A DNA stretch of 61,957 nucleotides from Euryarchaeota archaeon UBA28 (lineage in GTDB: Archaea > Thermoplasmatota > Poseidoniia > Poseidoniales > Thalassarchaeaceae), in NCBI GenBank assembly GCA_002501605.1, contig DANW01000001.1, positions 1-61,957 of the forward strand, written 5' to 3'. The translations under genes and the position numbers were made by a program. Positions 59,848 through 61,957 of this stretch are shown piece by piece. How positions within the stretch are numbered: the first letter of the stretch is position 1; every line of letters begins with the position of its first letter. Under the pieces are notes generated by a model that did no database searches, was not told the DNA's origin, and saw nothing but the letters and a program-made list of their open reading frames with translations.

Positions 59848-60177
59848 ATGCCCGTCGTCACCACTATCAGACTGACGGGAGAGAACCACACCGATGTAAA
59901 TCAGGTCTGTGACCAGATAAAGTCAATCTCTGATGAGACCGGAGTCAAGCTGAGGGGTCCAATACCCCTGCCCACCAGGAGAATCGTGGTACCATGCAGG
60001 AAGAGCCCTGACGGAGAAGGTGCCGAGACCTGGGATCACTGGGAAATGAGGGTCCACAAGAGGCTTCTGGAACTAGTAACTAACACATCTAGGGACGAGA
60101 AGGCTCTGAGGAAGGTCCTCAGGATACCTATCCCCGACTCAGTGACGATAGAGCTCTCACTCAGGAATCTTGGATAA
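59848..60177 (+). CDS. rps10: ribosomal protein uS10
   Basis: GPIPLPT, RKSPDGEG.ETWDHWEMRVHKRL. Confidence 0.97.
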   Translation: MPVVTTIRLTGENHTDVNQVCDQIKSISDETGVKLRGPIPLPTRRIVVPCRKSPDGEGAETWDHWEMRVHKRLLELVTNTSRDEKALRKVLRIPIPDSVTIELSLRNLG

Positions 60178-61509
60178 CTAGGCTAGTGACCCCATTGGGT
60201 CCCATGCATCCAGAACTATTGGCTCGGTCTCGAGTCCATCAAGCATCTTTTCGCTGAGGTACTTCCTTGCAGTGGCTATTTCGAACATATGCTCATCATA
60301 CCAACTATCATTCATTGTGTAGAATCCCTTCTGCCCAGAGTCATCCCCCCACGAGTTCTCGACTCTCCATCGCCTTGGTTTTCCATCGACGACATCCACC
60401 CCCGTGAATAGCATTGCGTGCGTCATCATGGTCTGTCCGTACCTCAGTCGGTCCGCCTTGCTCATCCCGTAATCGACTCCATAGAGCTCATTTGTCTCAA
60501 ACAGATTTGCATCCCAAAGACCCCTCTTCCTATCCATCTGCTTCCCGACATCACAACCCATCCAAACTGGCAGGCCGTCTTCGAGAATCTTCTGTGTTAT
60601 CGATTTCATTTCATCGCTGGGTACGTTAAGGTAAACGACCGGAGGGCCCCCAGCAACGTTCTGGAGATATTGCACCGTGTAAGTCTGGTAGTACTCGTTT
60701 CTGGGATCGTTGACTATGCAAACGTAGTCTTCCCAGTCAATATCAACAAACTCATCAGCGAACTCCTGTGGTGTGATCTTTCCTCTTCGGTGGAAATGTT
60801 TGTCTTTGTCTCTCCACTGCCAATCGAAACTCTCCGGAGGCGTCCCAAGGTGTATGCATAGAACTCTCCAAATATCCTTCATCCTCGACTCCTTGTGGGC
60901 CCTGGCATCTTCCACGGTACCTCCAGAACCAAGGATTTCTCGGATCTCACTAGCCGTGCTTCTCAGTATGTCCCTTAGAATAGAGTTCATCCATCTTGTA
61001 GAGCTGCTGCTATTTGACTCTGGGTAAGCCGACTTAGGAACTAGTCCATGCTTCCTGATGAGGTTCATTGCCATATTCCACTGGCCACCATCACCAATCG
61101 GGTCCGATAGTAAGAAGTGAATCGTCCTGTCATCAATCGCCCTATCTGATGTCTCGATAATAGCTTCTAGAAAGTGATTTGACCGTTCAAACTTGTCCCA
61201 GAAGTGGATATGTGCCTGACTAAACTCAAACTCCTTCACATTCATCTTCTTCATCGTACCGGGCCTGAAAAGATTCAATGTTGCGAACAACCAGCATCTT
61301 CCACTGCTCTTCTGATTTGTCGCTTTCCAATCATCCAGTTTGGTACTAAATGTGAAGTCTACTTCCTGAACTAGGTCCCTACGGAGTGATACCGCCGCCA
61401 CGTTGTTCCCGGTTACTGCATTCTGAGCTACCTTAGCTGATGGATCACCATCAAATTCCGCCCTCATTGATTCAATTTGTTTTTTCGTTATTTGGCCCGG
61501 CACTTGCAA
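60178..61509 (-). CDS. pepC: C1B cysteine aminopeptidase (PepC/bleomycin hydrolase)
   Basis: NQKSSGRCWLFA, DGGQW, MTHAM, VENSWG, WDPMGSLA. Confidence 0.95.
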   Translation of the reverse strand: MQVPGQITKKQIESMRAEFDGDPSAKVAQNAVTGNNVAAVSLRRDLVQEVDFTFSTKLDDWKATNQKSSGRCWLFATLNLFRPGTMKKMNVKEFEFSQAHIHFWDKFERSNHFLEAIIETSDRAIDDRTIHFLLSDPIGDGGQWNMAMNLIRKHGLVPKSAYPESNSSSSTRWMNSILRDILRSTASEIREILGSGGTVEDARAHKESRMKDIWRVLCIHLGTPPESFDWQWRDKDKHFHRRGKITPQEFADEFVDIDWEDYVCIVNDPRNEYYQTYTVQYLQNVAGGPPVVYLNVPSDEMKSITQKILEDGLPVWMGCDVGKQMDRKRGLWDANLFETNELYGVDYGMSKADRLRYGQTMMTHAMLFTGVDVVDGKPRRWRVENSWGDDSGQKGFYTMNDSWYDEHMFEIATARKYLSEKMLDGLETEPIVLDAWDPMGSLA

Positions 61510-61559
61510 CCCTCTCCAGAGACGACAAGAAGGATGACGAACCTAAGTCATTGCCTATG

Positions 61560-61957
61560 TCATATGTCAGCGGGTTCTGCTATTCCAGCCGCAATAAGGG
61601 TGTCAGCGATAATTGAAGGACAGAACTCTATGTCTCCAGTTTTCAGAGTTATCTCTTCTCCTCCTTCGGTAATTATCGGGTCATCGAGATCCTGCAGTAT
61701 CAGGATCCTTCTCATTTCGGACTCCTCAGAGGTATCCTCCGATAATTCAGAAGGGAGACTTGCTATGCTTGATATCTCAGGAAAATCGTCTATCTCTCTG
61801 ATCCTGTCTTCCTCATCGTACTCAGGATCCTCCCAATGCTGGCCCGATACTTGAGCCGAAACTGGAGACGACTGTTCAACCTCGTCCACATCTACCGCCC
61901 CAGGTATGAATTCAGTCAGAGGAGTATGTACCGGGGAAAGAGGCGGAGGAGCAGGTG
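61560..61957 (-). CDS. GINS subunit (Gins51-like), 5'-truncated by the window edge
   Basis: Frame open to window end; acidic linker then ILILQDL..IITEGGEEITLKTGDI..P..IADTLI..G.A resembling the GINS B domain. Confidence 0.65.
   Translation of the reverse strand, partial: PAPPPLSPVHTPLTEFIPGAVDVDEVEQSSPVSAQVSGQHWEDPEYDEEDRIREIDDFPEISSIASLPSELSEDTSEESEMRRILILQDLDDPIITEGGEEITLKTGDIEFCPSIIADTLIAAGIAEPADI

Overview
Gene-dense archaeal chromosomal segment. Archaeal informational genes (MCM, GatE, PolB, EF-1alpha, Spt5, uL1/uL10/P1, Trm1, RaSEA) sit among bacterial-type metabolic genes and acidic lipoproteins, which best fits Marine Group II Euryarchaeota (Ca. Poseidoniales); this assignment is inference. 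It holds one tRNA-Arg(GCG) and about 50 CDS. I saw no CRISPR array, integrase, transposase or rRNA. Most unusual: (1) in the ftsZ-secE-spt5-rpl11-rpl1-rpl10-rpl12 cluster, Spt5 carries an N-terminal Nudix-like domain, uL11 is reduced to its C-terminal domain, and an L1-type RNA operator abuts the rpl1 RBS; (2) a Liv-type ABC system whose 1034-aa binding lipoprotein joins a circularly permuted class II domain to two tandem class I domains, with a LivH-TM2-LivM fused permease; (3) an AddAB/AdnAB-like helicase-nuclease pair; (4) an aquaporin-fold protein lacking both NPA motifs; (5) a CcoN-like protein missing most metal-ligand histidines; (6) ORB-like repeats upstream of mcm; (7) a two-gene putative B12 capture module. 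All family calls come from motifs read by eye; no searches were run.
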